NCBI RefSeq assembly: GCF_011386835.1
Contig: NC_088791.1
Coordinates: forward strand, 245,706,001-245,770,000
Origin: Chrysemys picta bellii
Lineage: Eukaryota
Direction: 5' to 3'
Length of the DNA stretch: 64,000 nucleotides
Shown here piece by piece: positions 25,945-38,817 of this stretch (position 1 is its first letter; the number at the start of each line of letters is the position of its first letter). The position numbers and the translations under genes were made by a program. A model generated the notes under the pieces. That model made no database searches. It saw only the letters and a list, made by a program, of their open reading frames with translations, and was not told the origin of the DNA.

Positions 25945-26966
25945 ACTCTGTCCCTCCCTCTAGAGACTGCGGCTCCAGGGGCGTGGAGGAGGGTAGGTCT
26001 TTTTGTCATGCAGGAGGAAGGCTCTGTCCCTGAGGCAGAAGTGTAGCAGTCTGCCTGCCTAGTAAAATGTAACTTCTTGAGAATTGAAAAAACACTTAAT
26101 TAAATATTTGTATCATGTTACTGAAAATTGTTTGTTTTTAAGTTAAAGAAAATAGCTTTTGTAAAAAAAAAATCGTTTTGCTAATGTTGCTGTTGATGGT
26201 TAATTGATCTCATTCTCTGAGGCAGAAATGTAGCAACCTGTCTGCACAGTAACATTGTTAATTATTCTATTGTTAGTTAACTGTTCCCATTCTCAGTCAA
26301 TTCCCCCAGGAGCATAAAAACCTGTAGAAGTTTTATGGCCCCTACATTGCTAGAGTGATGTAAAACCTTATAAATGGCAGTAAGGGAATCAGCTAGGAAG
26401 ATCTATGCACTTTCTCACTTTTTTCCTGTGCCAAAGTGGCACAATGGGGTGAGATTTTTACTTACCCATTTAAAAAACAAAAAACAAAACAAAAACACAC
26501 TTTTGAGGGCAAAAAACATTTACCAAGCAGTCAGTAAAATGTCAGGACGACAACAACCAGGCACTTCCCAAAGTACCCAGCTAGGTCCAGGACAATGATT
26601 AGCAAAACTGTCTGATTTTCATGTGTGAAAGTCTGAGAAATTTAAAATGACATTCTACTTCTTCCCCCCCTCCCCCCCCGCATTTGGTGTTCTGTAATGT
26701 AATTTGAATAAAAATTCAGGATTATAACTGGAATGAAGGGTATTAGTTACCAAATATTTTAAACTTAACTTTCATGTGTTTGGGAAATGCGGAATAGTTA
26801 TTGTGACTTTTTTCTGTATTGTAGTTTAAATAACATACCAAAATAATTGAAATAGGTGTGATTATATTGCATTATTTTGACAAATAAAATTTTCAGAATT
26901 TTGCCAAATGTTTAATTTTTTAGCGCATTATATTTAATTTTTTGGCACATAATCCCCCCAGGAGTA
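25639..26966. mobile_element. Non-autonomous TIR DNA transposon (TACTCCTG termini), copy 2, inverted relative to copy 1
   Basis: TIRs TACTCCTG / CAGGAGTA; 7-bp duplication ATAGAAT on both sides; its right end (~150 bp) is the reverse complement of the left end of copy 1. Confidence 0.82.
25906..25941. repeat. (GA)n microsatellite
   Basis: Uninterrupted GA run of about 18 units. Confidence 0.95.
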
Positions 26967-29254
26967 ATAGAATCCTTTTGATGACAGCTGATTCCTCAAC
27001 TTCCCACAGCCCATTTGTCCAAGCAGCTACCACCCCATCCTCATCTTTTTCCAAATTTCTCCCACTTCACACAAACAAATTTCGCCCCCCCCCCCCCAAT
27101 CTTACTGGACTCTTCCTGGTGCCTCCTATAACTATTTATATATCCATGTGCCCAAGAATCTCCAGACTGTTGTGCCACCCTCAACCTTGTGATCTCTCTA
27201 GCTAACCCTCTAATGGTAAACCTCTAGCCACATCCCTGAATTCTATCCACCACCATGGTGGATTCAATCTCTTTTTATTTATTAAAATTTTCAAATCATT
27301 TTTATAACAAGCCAAACAAATGCTAGGTACCAACATCTAAAATAAGTATAACTATACATCAGAAAAGACCAAGATATTTAAACAATATTTGGATTCCTAT
27401 GTATTAACAGCAATATTCCCAGCACATGGATTTTTATGACACAAACAAAATTTAAAGAAAATGTTTACAATTTCTTATGTAAGGTTCCCATGTTGCCAAA
27501 ATAGCAAATTACATTTTCTTTTTTTTTTTTTAAACATGTCTGCCTTCAGCAGCATAGCTCAAATGCCAGCTGCAATTATACAGTTTATATTCAATATACT
27601 TTATCCATAAAGAGAAAGTTGTTCTGTTTTCAGAACTTCTGAATTTATAAAATTACGCTTTTCAGAAATGGAACTTGTCAAATGAAGTTTTGTCAAAGTA
27701 GAAAGCAGGTTGCAACAGCTATAGTGAAGGTTGCATAACAATTTCCATTGCAATCCATAATTTTCTGACTTTCAGCTTGCAGTCTCAGTTCTGCTTCGTC
27801 TCTGCTCAACTGAATTTTTTTGTATAGTTTGAGCAAAAATGGACTACTGTTTTGAAATGAGGGAAACAGTTTGGGGGAAAACAGACTATTTAAAACAAAT
27901 CTTACTAGTTAATTTTGAATATCCTTATAATCTAAACAGCTAGGAGTTCTTACTTGCCAAGAAAATAATCTTCACAGAGAACACCGTTGCAGTTCACATC
28001 TTTATTCTGGAAGATGTATTTCAAATGCTCATCACTTGGACAAGTCAAAATCACATACTGAACATATGCAGTAGAGATTTTCTGCCAAATTTTTTAAGCC
28101 CACCTACAGAAGGGTGCACTGCCAATCTCGTAAATATGCATGCAGTGTTAAATTAAGTACCCACTGAACTGCTCATTCTTAAATTTATGCGAACTAGCCA
28201 GGATACATTTTTCAAATGTTGGGGGAGACACACCAAAATGCTGCCCACAGCCAAAAGAAATGTGTACAGACAGGGCTTGGAGGTTTAATCCCACCTCTTC
28301 CAATATTTTATGTCTCTGTGCTTCACAAATCTTCTTAGAAAGTCCTCATCCTAACAGTCAAAGAGGGACAACATCCACTGCTCCCATTTTTCTAGAAAAT
28401 CAGACATTAAGTGACTTGCCATATAGGAAGTTTGTGGCAGAACTGAACTCTGATCTTTAATGTGTTAGACTTATGTCTTAGCCCCCAAACTGAAGTGTCT
28501 GAAGCAATTTGCTTGAGACCTCTAAACTTAGCTATGCTACAAATAAAACTGAGCTAATAATGCCTTGGCAATTGTGTAATGTGCTTTGCAAGAGATAAAT
28601 AAAAATGTATGAATGTGCAAATATCTTAGCCACATTTTAAAAAGGAAGTAACAAAGAACAGACTGTCTAGCCATCTGGAGGGCACAATGGTGGTTGGTAA
28701 ACAGTTTTCATTATAAAACTTACCTTGTAGCTAGCTTAGCTTCCCACCAAACTGGTTCATTCCAAGAATGGCTCCAAACCAACATGGACAGCCGTCCAAA
28801 TGTTTCTGAAAACCTTCCCCTGCCTCCTGCTTTATTCACAGAAGAACTCCTCTTCATAATAGGGAATGCACACAAAGCTGGAGTCAAGGAGTCCTGTGTT
28901 CCCTCCTCCTAAAGGACATTCATAACCCTTTTTTAAATCTTTAAGTGAGGCTTGAATAGGCATCCACTTGAAAAGTCTGATTTTCAAAAGCTGCAATTTG
29001 GCCCAGAAAGAGTCCTCACTGATGATCAGAACATGGCCTTGTTTCAGAAGAAAATTCATTTTATTTGACTAAGTTATGAAGGTCTGAAAACACCTACTGA
29101 CCATGTGTAGTGCTGGCTTTTAGCGTAGGCTCATTAAGTGCGCTCCTAATACAGAATGAACTACACATGCATTCATCACTAGCTGCTCTCTTAGGTGCAC
29201 ACTTTTGAACACTGGCAACAAGTGACAATGGAATTAAGGAGAGGGTCATGATGA

Positions 29255-29410
29255 GCACGCTGCGAGATGGGAGGGTCCCAGAGTTCAGGCTCCAGCCTGA
29301 ACCTGGAAATCTACAAAGCAATGAAACAGCCCCGCAGCCCAAGGCCTGTGAACCCAAGTCAGCTGGCACAGGCCAGTCATGAGTGTCTAGTTGCTGTGTA
29401 GACATACCCT
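29255..29410. mobile_element. Right half of a palindromic Harbinger-like MITE
   Basis: Ends in GTGTAGACATACCCT, related to the GTGTAGCC..GCCC terminus of the 39362-40093 element; left half not found. Confidence 0.55.
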
Positions 29411-29417
29411 GCAACAA

Positions 29418-30154
29418 TGATAGGGTAACTGCACTGTATCCCCTCTGCATGGTCCACTCCAGGAGTTCCCAGTCAGGTCTCCAGCTACATCTGTCTCCGG
29501 GCAGGGACCCTTGTCCCACTTCCTTCTGACCCAGTGCCTTACACTGTGATAGCCTTAGCAAACCAGTCTGCCTAAAGGCCAGAGCCTGTGCTTTTCTTTC
29601 TTGCCAAAGGCTATAAATAATGTATCACCAGAAATTACAAGTTACCTCATGGTACTTTATAAGTAAGCACATTTATTCTTAAAATAAAAGCATTACAGAG
29701 AAAAACTTAAAAAAATAAAAGTCCCTGTACACATGCTAAAAGCTCACTAGAGGTCACCCACCAACTATATGGGGCCCTAGGTAAGCCAAAGTCATTCCAC
29801 ACCTTCCACAAGGGTTGCCCCACCTTGGTCCTGTCTGTTTGCTGGATCAGAAGGAAGACACTGGGTCAGTTCAAGCTCATTCTTTTATGCCAAAAGCCCT
29901 TTCTTTGTCCCCTAGTCTCTGGAAAACCCAATATGAATAGTATATGCAAGCCACTCCAGGGGGGTGGTACCTCCCTAGACTTTTTCATTCTCAGTGATTC
30001 ACCCTAATCACCTTCCACTGTTTTTAGTTCCTGGAGGCACTGCGGTAATCTTCCCCCTCCCCCCATGTAGAGCACAATCATACATAAGCTATTCATAGAT
30101 TTAAATACAATATGATCCCCAAAGATACTCCATGTAATTGTAATATCTGTCACA
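29418..30154 (-). mobile_element. Solo LTR (Gypsy-like), left end eroded
   Basis: Minus strand starts TGTGACAGAT; AAGAATAAATGTGCTT poly(A) context (tttatt at 29672-29677); no matching TSD found. Confidence 0.6.
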
Positions 30155-31516
30155 GTGACATCTTAAAATTATTTACTGAGAACAGAGACCTCTTTAGCTA
30201 CAAGAAAAGATAGATATTCATTGTGACTTTGAAGGTCTGAGATGACTCACAAATAACTAGTATCTTCAAAAAAAAAACTAATTTAGTTTTACTGCAGGAT
30301 GCAATTGAGGACTCATTAGCAGAACAAGGATATTTGGAGGACTTTCAAACTACACTGTTACTAGCTTAGGCTACGTCTCCTAAGTTCAACAGCTGTGTCA
30401 ATATTTGGACAGTAATCCTTCAGGGAAAGCCGAGGTACTACAAGAAATGGTGGCAGTGGAGGTACAGTGATTCTACTCGAGGTAACATCTTTCAGCTGAG
30501 ACAAACAGAAGTTGTGAGCACTTGTGGTCATTGAAGACAACTGCACATTTTGCTGGTGCTCTTCTGTCCACTTCAATTCTCTTCAGAGTGTCACTGAGAA
30601 CAGATTTACTTAGCACAGGAAATGAAGTTGCTGTATACTACAATTTCAGCATTCCACCCCAGAAATGTTAATTGTACACTACGTAAGTGTAGAGTATATG
30701 TAATTTATTATATCCCCAAAAGTGTTAAAAAGAACAATAAGGTTGTTAAAGTTGTGAAGTCAGACACTCTAATGTTCAGAAATGCCGGAACTGCCCATAT
30801 AACCTTAGCTTGGTTTCCTTGTGCATATGTATTATGATATGGTCTTTAGTTACAAGACCCATCTGCCCCTGAACACCCAGCCTGTCCTTGCTTCTAACCC
30901 ATCTCGCCCCCAAGTCCTGCCTCTCTCTCTCCTCTCCACAACCTGCCCACTCTCCAGTTCCTGCCTCCCTGCTTCTTTGCTCCTATCCACCCTCACATCC
31001 CCTGGCTCATGCCCCCCTCCTCTTTGCACTTTATCCCCTCTAGTCATGTTTTATCATAAGATTACAAACTTGGCTAACAATAGTAACTGCATTGATATAA
31101 TATTTTTAGGCTTTTGTGAGGCATTTGACTTAGTATTGCATGCATATTATTTTGATAATAAAATAAGCACTCTACAAATTAACGAAGCAACATACTATGA
31201 GGATTTTACACTGGTGAATAAATTTCAAAATGAGTAATCATTCATTCCGGGAGGGGGACGGGTTTCTAGTGGGATCCTGCATAGATCTCTTCTTGGCCCA
31301 ATACAATTTGCATATTTTTATCAATGAGGTAGAAAAATTGCTGATTAGAGGACAAAAAATGGTGGAGTGATAAAGAGTGATAAGAACAGGACAGTTTTAA
31401 GCATGATCTGGATTGCTTGGTAAGCTGGGCTCATTTGAACAATAACCATTTTAATATCACCAAATGCATGGTCATTAATTTAGGATCAACTAAAATAGAT
31501 CACACTTGCAGGATGG

Positions 31517-31754
31517 CATAGGTGGCGGGTATAATAAGTTAGGGTATCTCGGGGCTTCAGCTGGTCCGGGGCTTCTCCGGCTGAAGTGTGGGGGGGGGCA
31601 TGTGCTTGGGTCTCTGGCTGGCCCAGGGCTCCTCCAGCCAAAGGGAGGGGGCACCCGGGGCCCCTCTGGAGGGGGGGGGGAGAAACGGGTGCAGGTGGAA
31701 GGGGCGGAGCTGGGGACTAGCCTCCCTGAAGGGCAGCTCCACCCGCCGCCCATG
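31517..31754. mobile_element. hAT MITE (238 bp)
   Basis: TIRs CATAGGTGGCGGGT / ACCCGCCGCCCATG; perfect 8-bp TSD CAGGATGG (31509-31516, 31755-31762). Confidence 0.93.
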
Positions 31755-31816
31755 CAGGATGGGAGACAATATCCTAGAATGCATCAAGTCTGAAAGGGAC
31801 TTATGGGGATCATAGC

Positions 31817-32461
31817 CATGGGCGGCAGGTATAACAACCCAGGGAAGGCTTAGCTTTCCCTGGCGCTGTTGCCCACCCACCGCCGGACACCTGGGCCCCA
31901 CTACTTCCCCAAGGCCCCCACTGTCTGCTACTGCTCCTGCCTGCCATGTCTCCTCCACTCCACCCCCCACTCTGGAGGGCCCTGCTGCTCAGTGTCCCTC
32001 CTCCTTGGGGACAGGGGAATGAGGAGGGACGCAGAGAGTCAGCAGTGGGCGGGGGAGTAAAGAGGCTCGGCCGAGGAGGGGGTCCGGTGCTTGTGGGGTT
32101 GGCCTGGCATTGGAGCGGGCCTGGTACTCGGGTGGCCAGTGGCTCAGTCCAGCATTGGGGACGGTGGGTCGGCCGGGGGATGGCCTTCAGAGGCGGTGGT
32201 TCGGCCGGGCACGGGGGCCGGACCCGGGGTTGGGGTACAGTGTGTCGGGCAGCTCAGCACAGCAGCTCGGAGGGGTTGGGGGCTCAGCCCGATGTGGCTG
32301 GGGTGGGCGGGCCGGGGCTCCTTCGGTCGCGGGGAGCCCCTCAGGGCTTCTCCTGTTGGGGGGTTGTTTCAGGGCTGCGGCATGCAGGCGTCGGGGCCTT
32401 GGGTGGAAGTGGGGGGCGGTAGGCTAGCCTCTCCAAAGCAGGGATTCATCTGCTGCTCATG
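31817..32461. mobile_element. hAT MITE (645 bp), same TIR family as 31517-31754
   Basis: TIRs CATGGGCGGCAGGT / ATCTGCTGCTCATG; perfect 8-bp TSD ATCATAGC (31809-31816, 32462-32469). Confidence 0.93.
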
Positions 32462-32916
32462 ATCATAGCGTATAACCAACTGAGCACAAGCTCCCAGTCC
32501 AATGCTGTAGCTAAGAAAGCTAACACTATTCTTGGATATGTAGCAGGGGAATAGAAAGTAAGAGAAGGAAGATTTATTCCTCCATTTTTCCCAACTTGTC
32601 TCCACACTAATATTTGCCTTTTTTTTTTTAAATAAAAAAGCCCACATTTTTGATGAATCATGTGGAGTCATATTACTGGCTTAATGTACATCACTGATAT
32701 TAACACAGAATGAGTCATTTTATTCCCCTTCAAGCCAGAGGCAATTTGATGAAGGAAACTTGCAGCACTTTTCATTTTACCTTTTCCAGAAGCTGTCACA
32801 GTAAAGATGATGATGAATTAAGAAGCAAAAAAAGATTTTTGTGGAAACAAAAAATGAACAGAATAAAGCAGAAAATGATGCATTTTCTAACACTGAATGA
32901 AAGGAAATACTTCTAC

Positions 32917-33039
32917 CTTTGATGAGACTATCCTGTTATCTGGATACCTTTGTGGAATGTATGCTTCAGTGCCTGAAGGAGGTTCACGATGCCCAACATA
33001 AATAGTCCGATTGTCCACCCAATTCTCTTCCCCAGCACA
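32917..33039 (-). CDS. ATP11A: ATP11A coding exon 2 (123 bp): CAGEENWVDNRTIYVGHREPPSGTEAYIPQRYPDNRIVSSK
   Basis: Translation matches the recalled ATP11A N-terminus (EENWVD-RTIYVGHREPP; ATP11C has EEKRVGTRTVFVG). Polypyrimidine tract plus CAG acceptor at 33040-33042, GT donor at 32916-32915, phase 0. Confidence 0.97.
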
Positions 33040-35670
33040 CTGCGAAAGGAAGAAAGAAAGAGTCATCCTCAGTTCACCCAGCATTTCTGTATAAAAACAG
33101 TCATACTGAGTCCGCCAGTCCTGTCATTTTTCAATGCAGATGCCATTTTCACACAGTCATCAATGTATTGTCCCTAAATCTCTGCCTATCATCCCCCCAA
33201 GAACCCTAAATGACAAATAGGAGAAAGCTATCAAAACTCTGCCTTTAATTGTCTTCAGTAATGTTTTCCCCCATAGCAGTAAGGGAACATCCTTGAAATG
33301 CTAGCCTTTGAAACAAAAGAGGAGATGGTTTACAATTTTGCCATTAAATCAGCTTTAAAAAAAGTTTCCACATGGCCAGCGCTCATCTCACTACTCTGAT
33401 AAAATTACTGATAATATTGACATTTCATTCATATGACAAGAACAATCTGGATTGGATGAATAGCCAGCTACAGCTCCATTTTTACCCAACACTAAAGCAA
33501 ATATAACAGAAAAGTGCTTTACTTTCTACACAGAACCCACCCTGTGTTGTCTGAAATACTAGTAATGGTGAATCCCACAGGCACCAAGCCACAGTAGCAT
33601 ATCTAGAAGTCCCCAGAATATTTTCCATAATCCAGACACTGGGGCTATGCTGTACACCAGGGGAGTGCATTAGCTTTTCACCTTTGAATATACTATCTGG
33701 GTTCAAAGCCTATGATTGTGAAAAAAAGAGGAGTATGAGTGGGGCCCACATTTAGTCCCCACATCACAAAGCTTCTATATAATTGGTTCAAATTAGCATT
33801 TATGTATTCACAGTTTGTAAGAATTACTATCTGAGGACACAGATCCCTTTCCCTTGGGATTATGATTTGAGGGGTTGGTTCAGAGAGTTTAGAAGAGGCA
33901 AGTACTTGCCTCTTAGGAAAAAAAATAAGGTTTTAGTAGTTCCCACATATCATATCTAAAATTCATCCTAGTGCACCAACTCTTCAGTATTTGCACAGGG
34001 TGCAGTACTTGTTATCTTTAGATAGGAGTTTCACTGTATTGTAAGTGTCACTGGATTAAGTTTACATTTAATTATTTATTTAGAGAAAGAGTTTCAATCT
34101 GTTTTAAATAAAAATATTGCCTTATATTGAAGTGCTGTATTTTATACATACTTGTGTTTAGCATATTAGAACATTAGCTCTCCTCTGCCTCCCCAATAAC
34201 CCCAGAATTCTGAAAACAGAGAGTACAGTACAGGCCTGGATAGTCTATTAAATTATACAGTATATTGCATTCGTTTTTACACTAAGAAGGACTTAAAAAA
34301 ACCAGGAACAATTCTTTGTGTTGTAGTACAATTTTTAAGATACACAAGGGATGCAAGTAGGAAGCTTCCATTAGAGCTAATGGGAATTCAATGCATAAAT
34401 CCTTGAACGTCAAGAATTGACTATTTAGCTTCTTCCTTCTATCCCGAGCAAGACTGACAAACATATTCCTTGTGTTTATGAGCCCACATAAAGGGATTTG
34501 GAGAGAACATTAGTAGGTGACGTAACCAATTCCTTCATTTTGCAATATAAACTGGTCTTTGCCATGAGTCAATTACAAGTGCACAACCTTCCCCCATTAA
34601 ATGTATTACCAATAGGAACTCTCATAATATTGCAATATTATTTATTTAAAGAGCTGAAGTTCCCCCACAGTACTTTGCTGACTTGAAAGCTAATATTTTT
34701 CTGTCAGGCTACCAGTCAAGTATTATGACCAACATTTGTCTGTCGACACAGAGGTACAATACAATTAATTGTACATAGGGATATAGATTAAGACAGACTA
34801 ATTTACTCAGTCCATCAGATTTATTTTTGTTCTTAAAATTAATTCACCATAGAGAATGATTTAAAAACAAGTCAACTAACTTATTACATACAGTTTTAAC
34901 CACAGCAGAATTAATTTGATTTTTCCACGTGTTTGTAGAAGTGATGAATTAATGTACGTCACTGGTCTACTCCAAACAAAAAGACATTTCACAACATATA
35001 CATGGAATATTTTGCATAAAATGTGCAACTGCATTGTTCAGTGAAGTAATACTGTAATAAAAAAGGAAGCATCATGCATTATTCAACAACACTGCAATAC
35101 AGTTATCCCACAAGGGCACTCATCTCTACTAATCAGGAAAAGGTATACGGAGGAAAATGGCACAGTGAAGCTCTAATGTATGCCACTTGCAAAGATCAAA
35201 ACACCATGTTTTAATTAACGGTAATAGTGTCCTACAAAGAGAACACTTTGAACAAGGAATTCTTTTGATGTCCAGGTACTATATATTAGACACAATTTGC
35301 AGAGTGACACCAGGATAATAGAAAAAAGGAACTCTGCACTGTGGCCAGTGCAATGAAGTGTATTCAATATTTTATATTCTGTTGCTTAAGCCCATTACAG
35401 ATATGTCCAAGAAACCATAAATAAACCTAAAGCATTATGTGTTTCTATTAATAGTACAAAGCTCAATGTACTGAAACCTAGTTTCACTGGCACATAAATG
35501 AAGCAGCATTACTTATGTTCTACGCTCTCTTCAGCACTGTCAGCAACACAGAAACCAAAGACTGGTGAAAAATCCATCAAACTGTCTATACATCACATAA
35601 AAGATGGCTGATCTTCATAAAATCTGAACGTTTAGGAAGTCACACAAAATACACTAAGCATTTTTTCTAG

Positions 35671-36317
35671 TGTGACAGACCCAGACCAGTGGGGTACAGG
35701 AGTCTGGTAGAGGGCAAATATACTTGTCACTGGATGAGTAGTTTTCTGTTCCCTGAGTGACCAGAGCAGGGGCTGCACTAGAGTAATCAGGAACCTGCTA
35801 GAACCAGTTAAGGCAGGCAGGCTAATTAGGACACCCGGAGCCAATTAAGACGAAGCTGCTAGAATCAATTAAGGCAGGCTAATCAGGGCACCGGGGTTTT
35901 AAAAGGAGCTCACTTCAGTTTGTGGGGTGAGTGTGTGGAGCTGGGAGTAAGAGGTGCAAGAAGCTGAGAGGGTGTGCTGCTGGAGGACTGAGGAGCACAA
36001 GCGTTATCAGACACCAGGAGGAAGGTCCTGTGGTGAGAATAAGGAAGGTGTTTGGAGGAGGCCATGGGGAAGTAGCTGTCATGCAGCAGTTACAGGAGGC
36101 ACTAAAGACAGCTGCAGTCCACAGGGCCCTGGGCTGGAACCTGGAGTAGAGGGTGGGCCTGGGTTCCCCCCCAAACCTCCCAATTGACCTGGACTGTGGG
36201 TTCTTCCAGAGGGGAAGGTCTCTGGGCTGTTCCCCAACCCACATGGTGAATCTCTGAGGCAGGAAAATCCGCTAATAAGCGCAGGACCCACCAAGATAGA
36301 GGAGGAACTTTGTTACA
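35671..36317 (+). mobile_element. Solo LTR (647 bp), Gypsy-like
   Basis: TGTGACA...TGTTACA termini; perfect 4-bp TSD CTAG. Strand tentative. Confidence 0.9.
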
Positions 36318-36835
36318 CTAGGTTTAAATTCCAAACTATGACAAACTTCTGAATCACTTGTATGTTACTCTGCTAGTTTTTAGCTAGATACATTTAGAGA
36401 TTGACCAGACCAGGTATAAATATTCAACAGGTGGTGGGGGTTGGGAGTGAAGAGGGAGAAGTTAACAGTCTGTGAGCTAAAAAACAGTGCTTTCTGAGAA
36501 TTAAGTTACATAGACATTTTCATATTAACAACAGAAATAAAAGCAATTTGATAAAATCCAGGGGTATAACAAATCAGCTTATTCTTCACATGTAATTTTA
36601 GCTATTCCAGTCCAAAGGCGACTTTCTCATTAATTAAGGTACTGACAGTTCTGTTAGTTTGCAACAGCAGATTTTGAAAAAGTAACTGATCTTGAAAGTT
36701 TCAGAATCTGAGACAATTTTAAGGAACATGGTTTTGAGCTATAAACTGGAAAAATCAAAGAATGACATTTCCAGAAATCTCAAATAAAAAGAATATCCGT
36801 TTGGAACAGAGCCAAAAGTAACAATCTAAAAGATG

Positions 36836-36925
36836 ATTACATACCTGTAACTAGAAGTTCTTCAAGATGTGTAGTCTACATATGCATGCATGGCATGCAT
36901 GCACACCATGCACCTGAAGATAGTG
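36836..36925 (-). mobile_element. Isolated DIRS terminal-repeat fragment
   Basis: ttacatacctgtaactagaagttcttcaagatgtgtagtc resembles the DIRS terminus at 4600-4650 (cttactgtaactggagattctttgagatatgtggtc). Confidence 0.55.
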
Positions 36926-38258
36926 GGAGTTGGCAGCCAATTTTTATTAAGGGCAGCCTCACTTCTACATGCAGATATAATGTAGGAAAATGGCCGCCAT
37001 CTTCCTGGTTTCAGCCACATTGACAATAATGGGAGATGGTGGCCATTTTGAATAAGGAGAAATTTGTGAGTTGGCAACCTGTCATCATGTTCCCAAGAGA
37101 CGGCGAACCCCCTCCCCCCCCCCCCAACACCCCCTCCCTAAATTGCTGGTAAATCCCTGATAAAAATCACAAGAGTTGGCAACACTGAGTTCTAAAGCAG
37201 ACACTTTAGAGAAGATAAGGTAATTTACTTCTAATGATTGTTTTCCATATTCTAGGGCAAGACATCTACACTTGACTGCTATTTAACTCAATGAGAGTTC
37301 CAGGTAAATATCTGACAATTGTGTAATGTTTAAAGACTTATTTCTAGAAAAAGAAATCTTTACCGGGTCTTACCTCATTTTATCACCTAATGTGTGGGGA
37401 GGGGGGGGGGAAGGAGGTAAGGAAGAGTTGTTAGGTATCCACAATAAATCAATTTTAGTAAAACCATCATTTGGCTTACAATTATTATACTGCTTTGTGT
37501 AAACCCCACTGTATCTTTGCTCATTAAAGCAGAAGGTTTCCTTTGTTTGGTCTAACAGTGTTTAGGTGGTGGTGGAATTATAAATAGAAACGACTGAACT
37601 GTAGAATTACTTAAGATAGAGTTCTTTTATTATAGTTTTTTCCCTCTTTTCAGAAAAAAGTCAAGAGTACTTGGTTACAAGAGCTATAAAGTAAAAATAA
37701 TTTTGCATGCAAGACTTCCAAATTATATATTGGGATTAAGAAAAAGTTATTTTATCAAAGTCCACATGAGCCATATGACAGGCATGTGGATGGCTGAATT
37801 TGACCATGTAAACTTCACAATCATATGATAACCTACTTTAAGTATGAGTCTTTACCTAATTTATAGATGCAAAATACCTTAAATTCCTTAAATCAATGGT
37901 TACTTACAAAAATCAATAAGTAAAATGAAAAATTATGTTTATATTTATTAGCGTGGTACAAAAACCAGTGGAGCAAAGTGTAAATAGATTCTTTAGCAGT
38001 CTACAACAAGCCATAGGGATTATGTGCTTAGAAAGCATGCAGACTTTTCCATCATCAGTTACTAATTAATCAAGCACAGCGGAGGCAGCCATCAAAACAA
38101 AGTTCACAGCACAAAGGAACTCCAATGACTTTAATGAGCATGTTCCTTTAGACAATGTTCATCATGGGATCTGTTGTCTCATTCTGACATTATAGCATAT
38201 TGCTAGAAACAAACACTGAAACATTTTTAAAATCTCCAAGAATAACTTTCTTAATTGA

Positions 38259-38454
38259 AAAAAGAACAGGAGTACTTGTGGCACCTTAGAGACTAACAAA
38301 TTTATTAGAGCATAAGCTTTCGTGGACTACAGCCCACTTCTTCGGCTGTAGTCCACGAAAGCTTATGCTCTAATAAATTTGTTAGTCTCTAAGGTGCCAC
38401 AAGTACTCCTGTTCTTTTTGCGGATACAGACTAACATGGCTGCTACTCTGAAAC
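38259..38454. mobile_element. Penelope-like (PLE) palindromic mini-element, copy A
   Basis: Perfect 76-bp inverted arms (38259-38334 / 38344-38419), 9-nt loop, asymmetric tail gcggatacagactaacatggctgctactctgaaac, 13-bp TSD CTTTCTTAATTGA; hammerhead-like GAAAGCTTATGC motif. Confidence 0.85.
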
Positions 38455-38585
38455 CTTTCTTAATTGAGAATATTTGAAAATATCTCTTCCCAACATTGTA
38501 GGAAATTAATTTAATCATAACAGAGTCTTTTTTTTTATCTTGGTGAAACAATGCTCAATTTGTTTATGGATCACTATTTTACTAT

Positions 38586-38707
38586 AAAATATATGGAGAT
38601 ATACCTATCTCATAGAACTGGAAGGGACCCTGAAAAGTCATTGAATCCAGCCCCCTGCCTTCACTAGCAGGACCAAGTACTGATTTTGCCCCAGGTCCCT
38701 AAGTGGC
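38586..38707 (-). mobile_element. 5'-truncated tortoise-type SINE
   Basis: Body closely matches 8255-8370 in reverse; lacks the tRNA head. Confidence 0.88.
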
Positions 38708-38817
38708 TTTCTTTTTCAAATGCAGATTCTGGTACACTGCACCCAAACAATAGAAAAGCAGCTGCAATCTCTGGGCCAAATCTAGAAGTGGTGTATAATT
38801 TGGATTTATACTAATTT

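Larger units (their letters stand above)
31055..32575 (+). mobile_element. Old CR1 ORF2 fragment split by two hAT MITEs
   Basis: CIDIIFLGFCEAFDLV (CR1 D.IYLDF.KAFD), tctagtgggatcc.gca.agatctcttcttggccc (GVPQGSVLGP-like), and CR1-like sequence resuming after each MITE. Confidence 0.75.

Noticed and set aside
32887-33084. ORF suggesting an alternative ATP11A N-terminus MLGELRMTLSFFLSQ and tail VEVFPFIQC
   Set aside because: The extensions are read-through of the polypyrimidine tract/acceptor and of the donor; the real exon is 32917-33039.
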